Positions 54,020-62,451 of a stretch of 64,000 bases of DNA are shown here, one piece after another (position 1 is the first letter of the stretch; every line of letters begins with the position of its first letter). A program made the position numbers and the translations under genes. The stretch is from an uncultured Hyphomicrobiales bacterium (lineage in GTDB: Bacteria; Pseudomonadota; Alphaproteobacteria; Rhodospirillales; CAYFNC01): NCBI GenBank assembly GCA_964344345.1, contig CAYFNC010000011.1:18325-82324 (forward strand), in the 5' to 3' direction. The notes below the pieces were generated by a model, which was given only the letters and a program-made list of their open reading frames with translations, had not been told where the DNA came from and did no database searches.

Positions 54020-56134
54020 ATGGACGTTTTTTCAAGGTTCGTCAGCATCGACATGCCCGAAAGCCTCAAGTGCGGGGCCAAGGGCAAGAATCCCGCGTTC
54101 GAGATCAAGATCGTCGCGGACGGCGCGATCCCGTTCCCCCAGGTGATCTTCCACATCCACGGCCAGCAGAAGATCCTCAAGGACGACGCCATCAAGCCAA
54201 AGCGCGGCGGCAAGAAGGGAACCAAGACCTACGCGGTCTCGGTCCCAGCCGACATGATGCGGCCCGGCGAGATCACGGTCCAGGTCGAGGGCTGCAAGAA
54301 GGAGGACTGGCGCAAGTCCGGCGGCGACGACTGGGTCAAGGAATTCAAAACGTTTGAACTGATCGCGCCCCCGAAGAAGCCCCGCGCCAAGGTCAAGGCC
54401 GGGGACGTGAAGATCTACTTCGGCATCCACAAGCACATGCACCAACCCTACTACAACACCACCGACCTGAACTACTGGGACGGAGAGAAGGACGAGATCT
54501 TCGGGTCGCGCGGCGGCCCCTACACCGATTTCATCCCCGCCGCCGTGCGCCAGTATTCGGACGGCGGCCTGCCGCACGCGGGCCTGTCCACCAGCTGGAG
54601 CGGAACCCTGATCGAACAGCTCGACCGCTGCGCCCGCGACGGGCTCTGCGGCGGCCGCTTCGGGGGCTGGAGCGGCGGGTTGCGCTCCCTCGCACAGCAC
54701 AAGACCGAGCGCGGCAACCCCCGCTGCGACTTCACCGCCTTCGGGTTCTACCATCCCCTGATGGCGCTGATCCCGCACCGGGACATCGTCAAGCAGATCC
54801 ACTGGCACCGCGACGTGGTCAAGCAGGCCTTCGGCATCGAGGCCTCGCGCGTTCTGTTCCCGCCGGAAACCGCGTTCCACGTGCGCATGATCCCGGCGCT
54901 GCTGGAAGCCGGGATCGACGCGGTGATCTATGATTCCATCCACCGCTTCCGGGCCTGCGAGGACTACCCCTACGCCGGCATCAACGAGGGCATGCTGCCG
55001 CCGAACGGGGCCGAGCAGGTGAACGAACCCGCGGACGATTGGCTCCAGCTCAACAACATCTGGGCCGGATCGAAAATCGCGCCGTCCATGCTGCGCCCCG
55101 AATACGTGGGCTACACCGATCCCGACGGCAAGGAATACAAGATCATCGCGGTGCCCGCCGAACGCTACATCGGCAACGAGGACGCCCGCGGCGGCTTCGG
55201 CGCGTTGCAGTATCCGGACGTCCTGGGCCAGGTCTACGACCAGGTCGCGGACACCGGGACCTACGATCCCAAGCACCCGCCGTTCTTCCTGTTGCATTCC
55301 GACGGCGACAACCACGGCGGCGGCGCGGACAGCTACTACTACCACAACACCGGTTCGCTGGTGCATTGGCTGCAGCAGGACCCCCGGTTCGAACTGATCT
55401 CGATCCGCGACTACTTGGAAATGTTCCCGCCCGACCCCAAAAAGGTGGTGCACATCGAGCCCGGCTCCTGGGCCGGCGCGGACAACGGCGATCCCCAGTT
55501 CATGAAGTGGTTCAGCCGCTACAACGAGCCCTACTCCCCCGACCTGAACTCGTGGGCGGTGCTGACCGCGATGCAGAACGCGGTCCATTCGTTGGAGGAC
55601 AGCGAGCCGAACCATCCCATGCTCCAGGACGCCGTCCGCCTGATGCTGACCGCCGAGACCAGTTGCTATTGGTACTGGACCGGCCAGCACGTCTGGGACC
55701 AGCAGGTCACCAACGCGGCCAACAAGGGTTACGACGAGCTGAAGTCGTCGGTCGACGCCCTGGTCTCGTCCGGCAAGGACAAGACCGGCCCGACCATCTT
55801 CGCGCCCTGGGTGATTCCGGAAAATCCCGGCGGCAAGAAGTGGGGCCAGGGCTGTCTCGAGGACGCGCCGGAGCAGGGCGTGGTCCAGACCTACGTCTAC
55901 GACATCTCGGGCCTGAAGCGGGTCGATCTGATCCTGCGCACGGCGAACGGCGAGAAGACCCTGAAGATGAAGGACAACGGCGTCTACCCGTCCGAGACCG
56001 GCGCTCAGATCGCCGCCAACTACTACACCTGCGAACTGCCGGTGGGGGCGGGCGACGCGCGCTATTACGTCGAGGCCGAGGACAACAAGGGCAACGTGTC
56101 CCGCAGCGCGCTGGAGCGGGTGTTCCTGGCGTGA
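54020..56134 (+). CDS. glycoside hydrolase family 57-like protein with extra N- and C-terminal beta-rich domains
   Basis: GH57-like conserved regions: HKHMHQPYY (region I), FPPETAF (nucleophile Glu region), HSDGDNHGG (acid/base Asp region), ETSCYWYW (region V). Confidence 0.6.
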   Translation: MDVFSRFVSIDMPESLKCGAKGKNPAFEIKIVADGAIPFPQVIFHIHGQQKILKDDAIKPKRGGKKGTKTYAVSVPADMMRPGEITVQVEGCKKEDWRKSGGDDWVKEFKTFELIAPPKKPRAKVKAGDVKIYFGIHKHMHQPYYNTTDLNYWDGEKDEIFGSRGGPYTDFIPAAVRQYSDGGLPHAGLSTSWSGTLIEQLDRCARDGLCGGRFGGWSGGLRSLAQHKTERGNPRCDFTAFGFYHPLMALIPHRDIVKQIHWHRDVVKQAFGIEASRVLFPPETAFHVRMIPALLEAGIDAVIYDSIHRFRACEDYPYAGINEGMLPPNGAEQVNEPADDWLQLNNIWAGSKIAPSMLRPEYVGYTDPDGKEYKIIAVPAERYIGNEDARGGFGALQYPDVLGQVYDQVADTGTYDPKHPPFFLLHSDGDNHGGGADSYYYHNTGSLVHWLQQDPRFELISIRDYLEMFPPDPKKVVHIEPGSWAGADNGDPQFMKWFSRYNEPYSPDLNSWAVLTAMQNAVHSLEDSEPNHPMLQDAVRLMLTAETSCYWYWTGQHVWDQQVTNAANKGYDELKSSVDALVSSGKDKTGPTIFAPWVIPENPGGKKWGQGCLEDAPEQGVVQTYVYDISGLKRVDLILRTANGEKTLKMKDNGVYPSETGAQIAANYYTCELPVGAGDARYYVEAEDNKGNVSRSALERVFLA

Positions 56135-56163
56135 CGCGGCGGACGCGCTGACGAGGGCCGCGC

Positions 56164-57036
56164 ATGGGCTCGCCGCTCGCGTATCTCGAGCTCATGCGCC
56201 CGCGCCAGTGGCTGAAGAACGCCTTCGTCGCCGCACCGCTGTTCTTTTCGCTCAATCTGTTCGACGCGGACGCGGTCATCGCCGCCCTTTGGGCGGTGGC
56301 CGCGTTCTGCCTGGTCTCCGGCGCCGCCTATATCGAGAACGACGTCTGCGACGTCGAAGCGGACCGCGTCCACCCGCGCAAGAGCAACCGTCCCCTGGCC
56401 CGGAGAGATGTTACGCCCATGGCGGCGCGGGCGGTTTCCCTGGTTCTTATCCTTTGCGCCGCCGCCATCGTCGTCCTGACCGATGCGCCCTGGCGCTTCG
56501 CCGCCGCGCTCGCCGCCTACATGGTTTTGACCGACCTTTACAGCTGGGTCCTGAAGCGAGTCGCGCTGGTTGAGCTGTTCGCGCTCGCGTCCGGCTACGT
56601 GATCCGGGTGATCGCCGGGTGCATGGCCATCGCCGTCCAGCCCTCGCCGTGGATATTGGGCGCCACCGGCGCGCTCGCGCTTTTCGTCGTGACCGGCAAG
56701 CGCCGGGCCGAGCTTCAAGAGGCCCCGGATTCCATCCGCGTCGCGCTCAAGGGCTATACGGTTCCGTTCCTGGACTCGCTTCTCAACATTTTGGCCGGAT
56801 TGACCCTGGCGCTCTATGTCCTCTACGCCATGGACGCGGAAACGGCGGCCCGGTTCGGCGGGGCGAGCCTGTTGCCGTCCGCCGTGTTCGTGGCATTCGG
56901 CGTCTTCCGCTACCTCCAGGTGGTCCGGACCGGCGAGGGCGTGGACGACCCCACCGAAATCCTGCTCGGGGACCATTGGCTGCAAGGCGCCATCGGCCTT
57001 TGGGTCGCGAGTCTCGCCTACCTGATTTACAGCTGA
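56164..57036 (+). CDS. UbiA-family prenyltransferase, decaprenyl-phosphate phosphoribosyltransferase-like
   Basis: LMRPRQWLKN..V.AP, YIENDVCDVEADRVHPRK..RPLA (NDxxDxxxD) and a polytopic membrane profile. Confidence 0.7.
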   Translation: MGSPLAYLELMRPRQWLKNAFVAAPLFFSLNLFDADAVIAALWAVAAFCLVSGAAYIENDVCDVEADRVHPRKSNRPLARRDVTPMAARAVSLVLILCAAAIVVLTDAPWRFAAALAAYMVLTDLYSWVLKRVALVELFALASGYVIRVIAGCMAIAVQPSPWILGATGALALFVVTGKRRAELQEAPDSIRVALKGYTVPFLDSLLNILAGLTLALYVLYAMDAETAARFGGASLLPSAVFVAFGVFRYLQVVRTGEGVDDPTEILLGDHWLQGAIGLWVASLAYLIYS

Positions 57037-57049
57037 TTTGTTTCGATTC

Positions 57050-57067
57050 GCCCCAACATGTTGGGGC
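57050..57067. terminator. perfect palindrome GCCCCAACATGTTGGGGC after the UbiA-family gene
   Basis: Perfect 18-nt palindrome (folds as about a 7-bp stem with a 4-nt loop) 14 nt after the stop. Only a weak T-tract follows. Confidence 0.4.
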
Positions 57068-57091
57068 CTTACGCATGTGATAAAAAAAAGC

Positions 57092-57121
57092 TTGACTCCA
57101 CCTAATACTCAAACCTAGCAT
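57092..57121 (+). promoter_or_regulatory. candidate nadA promoter (A-tract, TTGACT-18 nt-TAGCAT)
   Basis: Read directly. The spacer is 18 nt and the -10 is imperfect. Confidence 0.35.
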
Positions 57122-57161
57122 AATGATGCAGGCGAGTTGCCGGCCGTTTTTTTACGGCCTG

Positions 57162-57182
57162 TTATACTCTATCTGAGCATAA
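57162..57182. promoter_or_regulatory. 21-bp palindrome TTATACTC-N5-GAGCATAA in the nadA leader
   Basis: 7 of 8 arm positions are complementary. The right arm runs into the AAGGGG Shine-Dalgarno sequence, 13 nt before the nadA ATG. Confidence 0.5.
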
Positions 57183-57194
57183 GGGGAATCGGTC

Positions 57195-58238
57195 ATGGAT
57201 GGCATTGTCGCGACGGCGGAGATCGAAGACGAAGAAACATCCCACGACCCGGCTTTCACGCCCGGAGTGGAGAAACGGACCCGTCATATCTATGAACGCG
57301 TGAAGCACGCGATCAACGAGGCGGAATGGCGGGAGTTCGCGCCCCTGGTGGACGAGGTGATCCGCCTGAAGAAAGAACGCAACGCCATCATTCTCGCCCA
57401 CAACTACCAGACCCGGGATATCTTCCACTGCGTCGCCGACGTGGTCGGGGACTCGCTCTATCTCGCGCGCAAGGGGGCCGAGGTCGAGGCCGACGTGATC
57501 GTCATGGGCGGCGTTCATTTCATGGCGGAGACCGCCAAGATCATGAACCCCGAACGCACCGTGCTCATCCCCGACCCGGAAGCCGGTTGCTCGCTGGCCG
57601 ACGCCATCACGCCCCAAGACGTGCGCGATCTGCGCAAGCAATATCCCGGCGTTCCCATCGTCACCTACGTCAACACCACGGCGGCCGTGAAGGCCGAATG
57701 CGACATCACCTGCACGTCGGCGAACGCGAAAAAGGTGGTGGAAAGCCTGGGCGTTCCCCGGGTCATCATGGTCCCGGACAAGTTCCTGGCCCGGAACACC
57801 GACGCCGAAACCGATGTCGAGATCATCGAGTTCGACGGCGTCTGCGAGGTTCACGAGAACTTCTCCGCCAACCAGGTGCATCAGCTGCGCAAGGCCCACC
57901 CGGGCATCAGCGTGCTCGCCCATCCCGAATGCCCGCGCGAAGTGATCGAGGTCTCCGACTTCTCGGGCTCCACGTCGGGCATGGCCAACTGGGTCGATGA
58001 CCATCCCGAGGCCAGGCAGGTGGCCATGATCACCGAATGCTCCATGAGCGCCAACGTGGCCATGCTGCATCCCGAGGTCGACTTCGTGCGCTCGTGCGGC
58101 TTCTGCCCCTATATGCAGAAGATCACGCTCGCCAACATCGCCAAGGCGCTCCGCACCAACACCCACGAGGTCACGCTCCCCGCCGACCTGATCGAGCGGG
58201 CCCGCAAACCGATCGAGGCGATGCTGAGGATCAGCTGA
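57195..58238 (+). CDS. nadA: quinolinate synthase
   Basis: ILAHNYQ, DSL.LAR, FMAETAKI, YVNT.A.VKA..DI.CTS.NA and HPECP are NadA signatures. Confidence 0.92.
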   Translation: MDGIVATAEIEDEETSHDPAFTPGVEKRTRHIYERVKHAINEAEWREFAPLVDEVIRLKKERNAIILAHNYQTRDIFHCVADVVGDSLYLARKGAEVEADVIVMGGVHFMAETAKIMNPERTVLIPDPEAGCSLADAITPQDVRDLRKQYPGVPIVTYVNTTAAVKAECDITCTSANAKKVVESLGVPRVIMVPDKFLARNTDAETDVEIIEFDGVCEVHENFSANQVHQLRKAHPGISVLAHPECPREVIEVSDFSGSTSGMANWVDDHPEARQVAMITECSMSANVAMLHPEVDFVRSCGFCPYMQKITLANIAKALRTNTHEVTLPADLIERARKPIEAMLRIS

Positions 58239-59782
58239 TGCGTCATGCCGACGCCATCATCGTCGGGGCCGGCGTCGCCGGCCTGATGACGGCCTTGCGC
58301 GCCGCGCCAGCGCGGGTTTTGGTGCTAGCCAAGGCGCCGGTGGGCCAGGGCGCGGCGACCGCTTGGGCCCAAGGCGGCATCGCCGCCGCCGTCGGCGGCG
58401 ACGACGAACCCGCGCTCCACGCCAACGACACCATCGACGCGTCCGCGGGTATTTGCGCCAACGACGTGGTCCGGCTTCTGACGCGCGAGGCCCCTGACGC
58501 CATCCGGGAGTTGGAGCGCTACGGCGTCAAGTTCGACCGGGCGGTGGACGGCTCCTTTTCCCTTGGCCGCGAAGGCGCGCACGGACGCAGGCGCATCCTG
58601 CACGCGAACGGCGACGGCACCGGGGCGGAAATCATGCGCGCGCTGGGCGCGGCGGTTCGCGCCTGCCCCACCATCGAGGCGCTGGCCCCGGCCGAGGCCG
58701 AGGACCTGATCATGGCCGACGGCCGCGCGGTCGGACTCGTCGCGAAAATCGCCGGGCGGCGCATGGCGCTCCGCGCCGGCGCGATCGTGTTCGCCAGCGG
58801 CGGCGCGGGCCAGGTCTACGCCCGCACCACCAACCCCGTCGAAGCCCGGGGCGACGGGCTCGCCATGGCGGCGCGGGCGGGCGCGGTTATCGCCGATCCC
58901 GAATTCGTCCAGTTCCATCCCACCGCCATCGACGTCGGCGCGACGCCCATGCCGCTCGCGACCGAGGCGCTTAGGGGCGAGGGCGCGACCCTGGTCAACG
59001 ACAAGGGCGAGCGCTTCATGCGCGCGGTCCATCCGCTGGCCGAACTGGCGCCTCGCGACGTGGTCGCCCGCGCCATCTGGCGCCAGTTGATCCGGGGGCG
59101 CAGGGTCCATCTGGACGCGACGGGCTGCGTCGGTTCGGCCTTTCCCGACCGCTTTCCGACCGTCTGGGGCAAGTGCCGGGAATACGGCGTCGATCCCCGG
59201 GTCGAGGGCATCCCGGTCGCGCCCGCCGCCCACTACCACATGGGCGGGATCGCGGTGGACGAATGGGGCCGGACCTCCATCGACGGGCTTTGGGCCTGCG
59301 GCGAGGCCGCCTGCACCGGGGCCCACGGCGCCAACCGGCTGGCCAGCAATTCCCTTTTGGAAGGCGCGGTGTTCGCCAAGCGCGTCGCCGACAGCGTCGC
59401 GGACGAAGCCGTCGCCTTCGACGAAGCCGCGCCCCTTCCCGACGCGCCGGGCGAACGGGACGCGGCCGCCCACGTGCAAAAGATCATGTACGACGCCGCC
59501 GGTCTCGCGCGGGCCGAAGAGCCCCTGATCGAGGCGCTCGGCGCGCTCGACCGCCTGGCTGGCCCCGACCTGGAGGCGGGCTCGCGGAACCTGGTCGCCG
59601 TCGCCAAGCTGATCGCGGCGGCCGCGTTGGAGCGCCGGGAAAGCCGGGGCGGGCATTTCCGCGCCGACTATCCGGAACCGTCCGCCGCCTACGCCGAGCG
59701 CACCTTCACCACGCTCTTCGAGACCGAGGCCCTGATCCGCTCCGTCGCGCCCATGCGCGCCGTTCGGAGCGCCGAGGGATGA
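58238..59782 (+). CDS. nadB: L-aspartate oxidase
   Basis: [15 protein letters not shown] fold, AQGGIAA, HPTA, GGI.VD..GRTS..GLWA.GE and RLASNSLLE are present. Overlaps the nadA stop by 1 nt. Confidence 0.92.
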   Translation: MRHADAIIVGAGVAGLMTALRAAPARVLVLAKAPVGQGAATAWAQGGIAAAVGGDDEPALHANDTIDASAGICANDVVRLLTREAPDAIRELERYGVKFDRAVDGSFSLGREGAHGRRRILHANGDGTGAEIMRALGAAVRACPTIEALAPAEAEDLIMADGRAVGLVAKIAGRRMALRAGAIVFASGGAGQVYARTTNPVEARGDGLAMAARAGAVIADPEFVQFHPTAIDVGATPMPLATEALRGEGATLVNDKGERFMRAVHPLAELAPRDVVARAIWRQLIRGRRVHLDATGCVGSAFPDRFPTVWGKCREYGVDPRVEGIPVAPAAHYHMGGIAVDEWGRTSIDGLWACGEAACTGAHGANRLASNSLLEGAVFAKRVADSVADEAVAFDEAAPLPDAPGERDAAAHVQKIMYDAAGLARAEEPLIEALGALDRLAGPDLEAGSRNLVAVAKLIAAAALERRESRGGHFRADYPEPSAAYAERTFTTLFETEALIRSVAPMRAVRSAEG

Positions 59783-60624
59783 GCGGCGTTCCCCACCTTC
59801 TGGTCGAGGACGCGGTCCGCGCCGCGTTGCTCGAAGACCTGGGCCGCGCGGGCGACATCACCACCGAGGCCGTGGTGCCCGAAGACGCCTTCATGCGCGC
59901 CGCCTTCGTCGCGCGCCAGCCGGGCCGGATCGCGGGCGTGGATTTCGCGGTCACGGCCCTTCGCCTGATGGACGCGGAAATCCACGTGGACATCGTCAAG
60001 CGCGACGGGGAGGACGTGGAGCCCGGCGACGCGATCGCCGAGGTTTCGGGTTCGGCCCGCGCCATCCTTTCGGCGGAGCGGGTGGCGCTGAACTTCCTCG
60101 GCCACCTTTCGGGCATCGCCACCGCGACGCGCGAAATCGTCGACGCGGTCGGCGACAACAAGGCCCGGGTCGCCTGCACCCGCAAGACCACGCCCGGCAT
60201 GCGCGCCTTCGAAAAGCACGCGGTTCGCATGGGCGGGGGCGCCAACCACCGCTTCGGACTCGACGACGGGATCCTGATCAAGGACAACCACATCGCGGTC
60301 GCGGGCGGCGTTCGCCCGGCCATCGAGCGCGCCCGGGCCGCCATCGGCCACATGGTCAAGATCGAGATCGAGGTGGACACCCTGGACCAGCTTTCCGAGG
60401 TCCTCGCCATCGGCGCCGACGCCGTCCTTCTCGACAACATGGCGCCGGACCAACTCGCCCAGGCCGTGAAGATGATCGACGGGCGCTGCGTCGCCGAGGC
60501 GTCGGGCCGCGTCACGGCGGAAACGGCGGGCGCCATCGCGGCCGCGGGCGTGGACGTCATCTCGGCGGGCTGGCTGACCCACAGCGCGCCGACGCTCGAC
60601 ATCGGGCTGGACGAGATCGGCTAA
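59779..60624 (+). CDS. nadC: nicotinate-nucleotide pyrophosphorylase (carboxylating)
   Basis: [38 protein letters not shown] and LDNM motifs. ATGA overlap with nadB. Confidence 0.92.
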   Translation: MSGVPHLLVEDAVRAALLEDLGRAGDITTEAVVPEDAFMRAAFVARQPGRIAGVDFAVTALRLMDAEIHVDIVKRDGEDVEPGDAIAEVSGSARAILSAERVALNFLGHLSGIATATREIVDAVGDNKARVACTRKTTPGMRAFEKHAVRMGGGANHRFGLDDGILIKDNHIAVAGGVRPAIERARAAIGHMVKIEIEVDTLDQLSEVLAIGADAVLLDNMAPDQLAQAVKMIDGRCVAEASGRVTAETAGAIAAAGVDVISAGWLTHSAPTLDIGLDEIG

Positions 60625-60703
60625 TTCCAATTCCGGATGATTGACGGATCGCGTGATGGTATGATCCATCTCGCGCGATGACTGATGGGCGACGAGGGCG
60701 GAC

Positions 60704-62089
60704 ATGAACAAGCGGCTCAAGGAAATCAAGACCCGGACCAAGGCGGCGAGCAAGGGACCGTGGGTCCTGGACGGCAAGCAACGGTTCCCGACCGTGACCG
60801 ACCGTCTGGGCGCGGTCAGCATCGCCGAATGCCGCGACGCGGGCGGCGTCCTGAACCTGCGCAACGCCCAGTTCATCGCGAGCGCTCCCGCCGACATGGA
60901 ATGGCTCCTGGCCGAGCTGGAGGCCGCGCGCGGCAAGGGCGGCAAGGCCGCCTCCGCCTCCGCGCAGAACAAGATGGAGGAGCTTCGCGAAAGCCTGAAG
61001 GCCTCGGAAAAGGAAATCAAGGCCCTGAAGTCGGCCCTGGATAAAAGCGAGGGGGCGAGCCAGTCCGCGCTGCAGGAGCGGCAAACCCACCTGGAGCAAT
61101 CCTGGGAGGAAATCGAAAGCCTGAAGACCGCGCTGGAGGGCAAGGAGGCCGAGCGCCTCGCCGTCATCGAGCGCCAGGACCGGGAGCTCAAGGCGGCGCG
61201 TGACGACGCGGCCAAGCGCAAGGCCGCGTTCGAGGAGCGCGAAAGGGCCCTGCAGCACGAGGTGAAGGAAGCCGAGGGCCGGGTCCGCAGCGCCAACAAC
61301 GAAACCGCCATCGTCAACGCCGCGCTCGAGGAGCGCAAGAAACAGCTCGACGAGTCCTGGTACGAGACCGAGCGCCTGCGCAACGAAATCAAGGAAAAGG
61401 AATCCGAGCGCGCCGCCCTTGGGACCGAACTCCAGGCCAAGCTCAAATCGCTCGGCGACGAGTTCGCGAAGCTCAAGGCCGAGGCGGACGGCGCGGCGGC
61501 CGCGCTCAAGACCGCCGAGAAAAAGGCGGCGAAGCTCGAGGCCGACGCCGCCGAAAAACACAAGGCGTCGAAAGCCGGAGCCGAGGACGCCGAGAAGAAA
61601 CTGAAGGCCGCCGAGGAAAAAGCCAAGAAGCTCGAGGCCGACGCGAACGAGGGCAAGGCCCTAAAAGCCAAGGTCGAGGAGACCGAGAAAAAGCTGAAAG
61701 CCGCCGAGGAAAAAGCCAAGAAGCTCGAAGCCGAGACGGGAGAGAGCAAGGCCCTAAAAGCCAAGGTCGAGGAGACCGAGAAGAAACTGAAGGCCGCAGA
61801 GGAAAAGGCCAAGAAGCTCGAAGCCGACGCGGGCGCGGCCGAGGACAAGGCTCTCAAGGCCAAGGTCGAGGACGCGGAGAAAAAGCTGAAGGCCGCGGAA
61901 GAAAAGGCCAAAAAACTCGAAGCCGACGCCGCCGACAAGGACAAGGTCCACCAGACCGCTCTCGCCGACGTCCAGGCGAAACTGAAACGGGCGGAGGACG
62001 ACCTGAAGGCGCAGCAGGCGGCCGCCAAGGCGGAGCCGGAAAAACCCTCCATGGCCTCGAAGGCCAACAAGCTGTTCAAGAAGGGCTAG
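60704..62089 (+). CDS. long coiled-coil protein with a globular N-terminal domain and four tandem 31-33-aa repeats
   Basis: N-terminal 70 aa: KGPWVLDG...ECRDAGGVLNLRNAQFIASAPADMEWLLAELE. The rest is heptad-like and Glu/Lys/Ala-rich. (ALKAKVEETE)KKLKAAEEKAKKLEAD occurs four times. Confidence 0.7.
   Translation: MNKRLKEIKTRTKAASKGPWVLDGKQRFPTVTDRLGAVSIAECRDAGGVLNLRNAQFIASAPADMEWLLAELEAARGKGGKAASASAQNKMEELRESLKASEKEIKALKSALDKSEGASQSALQERQTHLEQSWEEIESLKTALEGKEAERLAVIERQDRELKAARDDAAKRKAAFEERERALQHEVKEAEGRVRSANNETAIVNAALEERKKQLDESWYETERLRNEIKEKESERAALGTELQAKLKSLGDEFAKLKAEADGAAAALKTAEKKAAKLEADAAEKHKASKAGAEDAEKKLKAAEEKAKKLEADANEGKALKAKVEETEKKLKAAEEKAKKLEAETGESKALKAKVEETEKKLKAAEEKAKKLEADAGAAEDKALKAKVEDAEKKLKAAEEKAKKLEADAADKDKVHQTALADVQAKLKRAEDDLKAQQAAAKAEPEKPSMASKANKLFKKG
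61570..61935 (+). repeat. in-frame tandem DNA repeats (units of about 93-99 bp, four copies) within the coiled-coil gene
   Basis: GAGAA(G/A)AA(A/G)CTGAA(G/A)GCCGC.GA(G/A)GAAAA(A/G)GCCAA(G/A)AA(G/A)CTCGA(G/A)GCCGA recurs near 61592, 61685, 61778 and 61877. Confidence 0.8.
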
Positions 62090-62116
62090 GAGTCTGCTGG
62101 GGGTCGCCTGAAAAAG

Positions 62117-62401
62117 TGGTGCCGGATGAGGGACTCGAACCCCCGACCTTCTGATTCATCCCAACTACGGCTTTCGCCGCCCGTACGGTTTGTGGGCTGG
62201 ACTTTCCCTTCGCCATGGGCCGTGGCCCGTAGGCGCCGCCCGTCAAGTCTCTACACCTTCCCCGGCTGGGGCTTGGCTCGGGATCGGCATCGGCCAGGGC
62301 CGGAAGCGTTCCCCGAATTTGAGCGGATCATTCCAAGGGGTTTCCCCCAAGGACGGCAATCATTCACAAATCAGCGGCTCTACCATCTGAGCTAATCCGG
62401 C
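62117..62401 (-). tRNA. tRNA-Thr (anticodon UGU) gene interrupted by a group I intron between nt 36 and 37; CCA encoded
   Basis: The 5' exon (62401-62366) is GCCGGAUUAGCUCAGAUGGUAGAGCCGCUGAUUUGU. The 3' exon (62156-62117) is AAUCAGAAGGUCGGGGGUUCGAGUCCCUCAUCCGGCACCA. Joined, they give a canonical 76-nt cloverleaf closely resembling E. coli tRNA-Thr(UGU). Confidence 0.85.
62157..62365 (-). ncRNA. group I intron (Azoarcus/Agrobacterium tRNA-intron type, IC3-like), 209 nt, no ORF
   Basis: The preceding exon ends in U and the intron ends in G. Core blocks CAAAUUCGG, GAGCCAAGC and GAAGGUGUAGAGACUUGACGG match the remembered Azoarcus tRNA-Ile intron. Pairings seen by eye: P3 CCGCUC/GGGCGG, P4 UUCGGG/CCCGAG, P6 CCCC/GGGG, P7 GACUU/AAGUC, GAAA tetraloops on P2 and P9, and P10 UGAUU/AAUCA. 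Confidence 0.8.
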
Positions 62402-62451
62402 GTATTTCCACTTTTACACCGTCCCAGGGCCACTATCCACCCCGATCCTTC

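Noticed and set aside
57040-57195. NAD+ riboswitch (nadA motif) in the nadA leader.
   Set aside because: I could not see the tandem-domain structure or conserved loops of that motif, and as far as I know it is restricted to other phyla. The palindrome/operator reading is simpler.
62126-62395. 89-aa and 66-aa ORFs in the ORF track between the coiled-coil gene and the glutamate-synthase-like gene.
   Set aside because: They lie on the strand opposite the tRNA-Thr gene and within the group I intron. The region is better explained as structured RNA.
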